Positions 31,043 to 32,803 of a stretch of DNA of 32,803 nt are shown in pieces. The translations under genes and the position numbers were made by a program. A model generated the notes under the pieces. The model did not search any database. It was not told where the DNA came from and saw only the letters and a list, made by a program, of their open reading frames with translations. Position 1 is the stretch's first letter. Each line of letters opens with the position of its first letter. This stretch comes from Pseudomonadota bacterium (GTDB lineage: Bacteria > Pseudomonadota > Alphaproteobacteria > Rhizobiales > CALHAX01). The DNA lies in NCBI GenBank assembly GCA_039816705.1, contig JBCBXF010000002.1, positions 7,207 to 40,009 of the forward strand, in the 5' to 3' direction.

Positions 31043-31920
31043 GAACCGCCGACCAGGATGGTGCGCGCCGGTTGATCCCAGGGACCGGCCGCAAGCGCGA
31101 AAATTGCTGCGCCAAGTGCTGCAAACAGCAGCCCATCCACCCGGTCCAGTAACCCGCCATGGCCGGGTATGATGCGCCCAGAGTCCTTCATGTTGTAGTG
31201 ACGTTTCATAGCGGACTCGAAAATGTCTCCGCATTGACTGAGGATGCTCAGACAGAACGCTACGAGGCCGAGGCGGAGCCACGAGGCTTCAGGATGAAAA
31301 AGCCCGACGAGTATGCCTGCGACAATAGCTGCCACCGTGCCTCCGATGGCGCCGGACCATGTCTTCTTGGGTGATACGGCAGGCCAAAGTTTCGGTCCGC
31401 CAAAATATCTTCCGCAGACATAGCCCATGATGTCCGTGCCCCAGACGATGGCGAACAGGAAGAGCACGACAAGCAGGCCTGTCTGCGTATCGTTGCGTAA
31501 CCATAGGATCGCGATGACCGGCAATGCGATGTAGTCGAAGCCAAAGGTGGCGAGGTTGGTGCTGCGATCATTGGAGCGGTTGAGCGCGATCATTGTGATA
31601 ACGCCAATGATACCAATGACGAGCCACAGAGGCACGAGCGGGATCCAGTCCGGCTGCAGCATGAACGCAAGGACCATCAGGGCGAGCGTCACGATGGCGG
31701 TCGTGAAGGTCGAGTCGCGCTCACCGCCACGCGTCATGTTCGTCCACTCAACCAACAGGACAACGCCGCCTGCAAGCAAGAGCGCGGCGAACGCCCAACC
31801 GCCCATCCATGTCGCGCCGAGCGCAACGACAAGCATGACAATCCCGGAGACAACACGCGTGCGAAAATCGTCACCCAGCCGTGACGACTGTTTCATCGAC
31901 TGAGAGGGCATATCGGACAT
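31039..31920 (-). CDS. cdsA: Phosphatidate cytidylyltransferase
   Basis: Polytopic membrane protein with the CDS signature SAMKRHYNMKDSGRIIPGHGGLLDRVDG near the C-terminus. Its start codon overlaps the uppS stop by 1 nt (TGATG). Confidence 0.93.
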   Translation of the reverse strand: MSDMPSQSMKQSSRLGDDFRTRVVSGIVMLVVALGATWMGGWAFAALLLAGGVVLLVEWTNMTRGGERDSTFTTAIVTLALMVLAFMLQPDWIPLVPLWLVIGIIGVITMIALNRSNDRSTNLATFGFDYIALPVIAILWLRNDTQTGLLVVLFLFAIVWGTDIMGYVCGRYFGGPKLWPAVSPKKTWSGAIGGTVAAIVAGILVGLFHPEASWLRLGLVAFCLSILSQCGDIFESAMKRHYNMKDSGRIIPGHGGLLDRVDGLLFAALGAAIFALAAGPWDQPARTILVGGS

Positions 31921-32672
31921 CAGGCCGTTGTGCGGGCGCCAAGCCCGCCATACCGACGCTCGCGACGATGGAATGACGCAATCGCATCGCGTAGATCGTC
32001 TTCGCCGAAATCTGGCCAGAGCGTCTGCGTGAAAATCAACTCGGTGTAGGCCAGCTGCCAGAGCAGGAAATTTGAGATGCGCTGTTCGCCACTGGTGCGG
32101 ATCAGTAGATCCGGATCCGGCGTGCCAAAGGTGTCGAGAAAGCTCTCAAACAGCCCTGGTGTCATCGTCGGTCGGCGTTCACCTGCGTTTTCGAACGCGA
32201 CCAGCATACGCTCGGCTGCGCGCGCGATCTCCTGACGGGCGCCGTAATTGAAAGCCACGTTCAGTTCGATTGCGGTGTTGGCCTGCGTTAGTTTCACGGC
32301 CTCGCCGATCGTCTTCAGGATGTCGCCTGGAACATTATCCTCTCCGCCCAGCACGCGGATGCGTACGCCATGCTTGTGCAGATCGGCCAGATCCCGCGAG
32401 ATGAAGCGGCGCAACAGTCCCATGAGGTCCGCCACTTCGCTGACCGGGCGCGACCAGTTCTCGGAGGAAAAACTGAAGAGGGTGAGATGCTTGACGCCAA
32501 GTTCGATTGCGGCCCGGACGGTGCGGCGCACCGCTTCAACACCGGCGCGATGGCCCTCGCGCCGGGGCAGCCCGCGCGCCTGCGCCCAGCGTCCATTCCC
32601 ATCCATGATGATCGCGATATGCGCCGGCACGTCCTGCGGCGTCGCGATATCCGGATCAGCGGTCATGGCCAT
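31920..32672 (-). CDS. uppS: Isoprenyl transferase (undecaprenyl-diphosphate synthase)
   Basis: HIAIIMDGNGRWA, LTLFSFSSENWSRP and IRTSGEQRISNFLLWQLAYTELIF. The track ORF begins at a TTG at 32717. The first ATGs are at 32672 and 32666, and 32672 was chosen. Confidence 0.93.
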   Translation of the reverse strand: MAMTADPDIATPQDVPAHIAIIMDGNGRWAQARGLPRREGHRAGVEAVRRTVRAAIELGVKHLTLFSFSSENWSRPVSEVADLMGLLRRFISRDLADLHKHGVRIRVLGGEDNVPGDILKTIGEAVKLTQANTAIELNVAFNYGARQEIARAAERMLVAFENAGERRPTMTPGLFESFLDTFGTPDPDLLIRTSGEQRISNFLLWQLAYTELIFTQTLWPDFGEDDLRDAIASFHRRERRYGGLGARTTA

Positions 32673-32763
32673 GAATGAAACGTGCCTGCGATAGAGCCTC
32701 GCTGTCACGCGGGGCAAAGAATGGTTTCGGTGTGGCGCGACCGGCGCTCGTGCCGTTGACGAG

Positions 32764-32803
32764 TTAGACCTGCATGATCTCCGCTTCCTTCTCCGCCGCG
32801 GCC
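32764..32803 (-). CDS. frr: Ribosome recycling factor, extreme C-terminus (the rest lies outside the window)
   Basis: The reverse-strand reading ends ...AAAEKEAEIMQV-TAA (stop at 32764-32766). This resembles the Frr C-terminus (E. coli ends ...KEAELMQF, from memory), and frr is the expected neighbour upstream of uppS. Only 12 codons are visible. Confidence 0.55.
   Translation of the reverse strand, partial: AAAEKEAEIMQV

Noticed and set aside
31043-31282. N-terminal 80-codon extension of dxr in the ORF track, and analogous extensions of lexA (15115), ppiD (6113), uppS (32717, TTG), comEC (18233, GTG) and the DUF922 gene (3157, GTG).
   Set aside because: The dxr extension runs through the 3' end of cdsA, whereas the ATG at 31042 makes an ATGA overlap with the cdsA stop. 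The lexA extension would bury an SOS box in coding sequence. The others lack SD support, and downstream ATGs give canonical N-termini.

Overview
This is a GC-rich chromosomal window that looks like alphaproteobacterial (Hyphomicrobiales-like) core genome. The support is gene order, LpxI in place of LpxH, and direct-repeat GAAC-N7-GAAC SOS boxes upstream of lexA. Almost all of it is tightly packed housekeeping genes in well-known syntenic blocks. (i) On the minus strand: tpiA, secG and pyrG, interrupted by two extra genes. (ii) On the plus strand: ppiD-like chaperone, trpE, a SixA-like phosphatase, then trpG-trpD-trpC-moaC-moeA, then lexA. (iii) comEC on the minus strand, diverging from gltX and gltA. 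(iv) The long minus-strand envelope cluster (frr)-uppS-cdsA-dxr-rseP-bamA-lpxD-fabZ-lpxA-lpxI-lpxB. The only clearly accessory material is at the left edge: a 5'-truncated hipA toxin kinase, a convergent Uma2-family endonuclease and a doubtful small membrane ORF. Two further genes are wedged into the tpiA-secG-pyrG block: a DUF922-type HExxH protein with a C-terminal anchor, and an orphan secreted protein. I found no CRISPR array, IS or transposase, integrase, tRNA or rRNA, and no multi-gene cassette resembling a defence or other novel system. The observations most worth a second look are small-scale. One is a Trp-codon-rich mini-ORF abutting trpE. The other is the unusually long (~525 bp) moeA-lexA spacer, which holds an SD-preceded 22-codon hydrophobic mini-ORF and a perfect 10-bp-stem hairpin. 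Many long ORFs in the supplied track are antisense shadow ORFs typical of GC-rich DNA, and several track ORFs carry spurious N-terminal extensions. Start codons were re-evaluated by eye. All homology statements come from motif recognition, not from searches.
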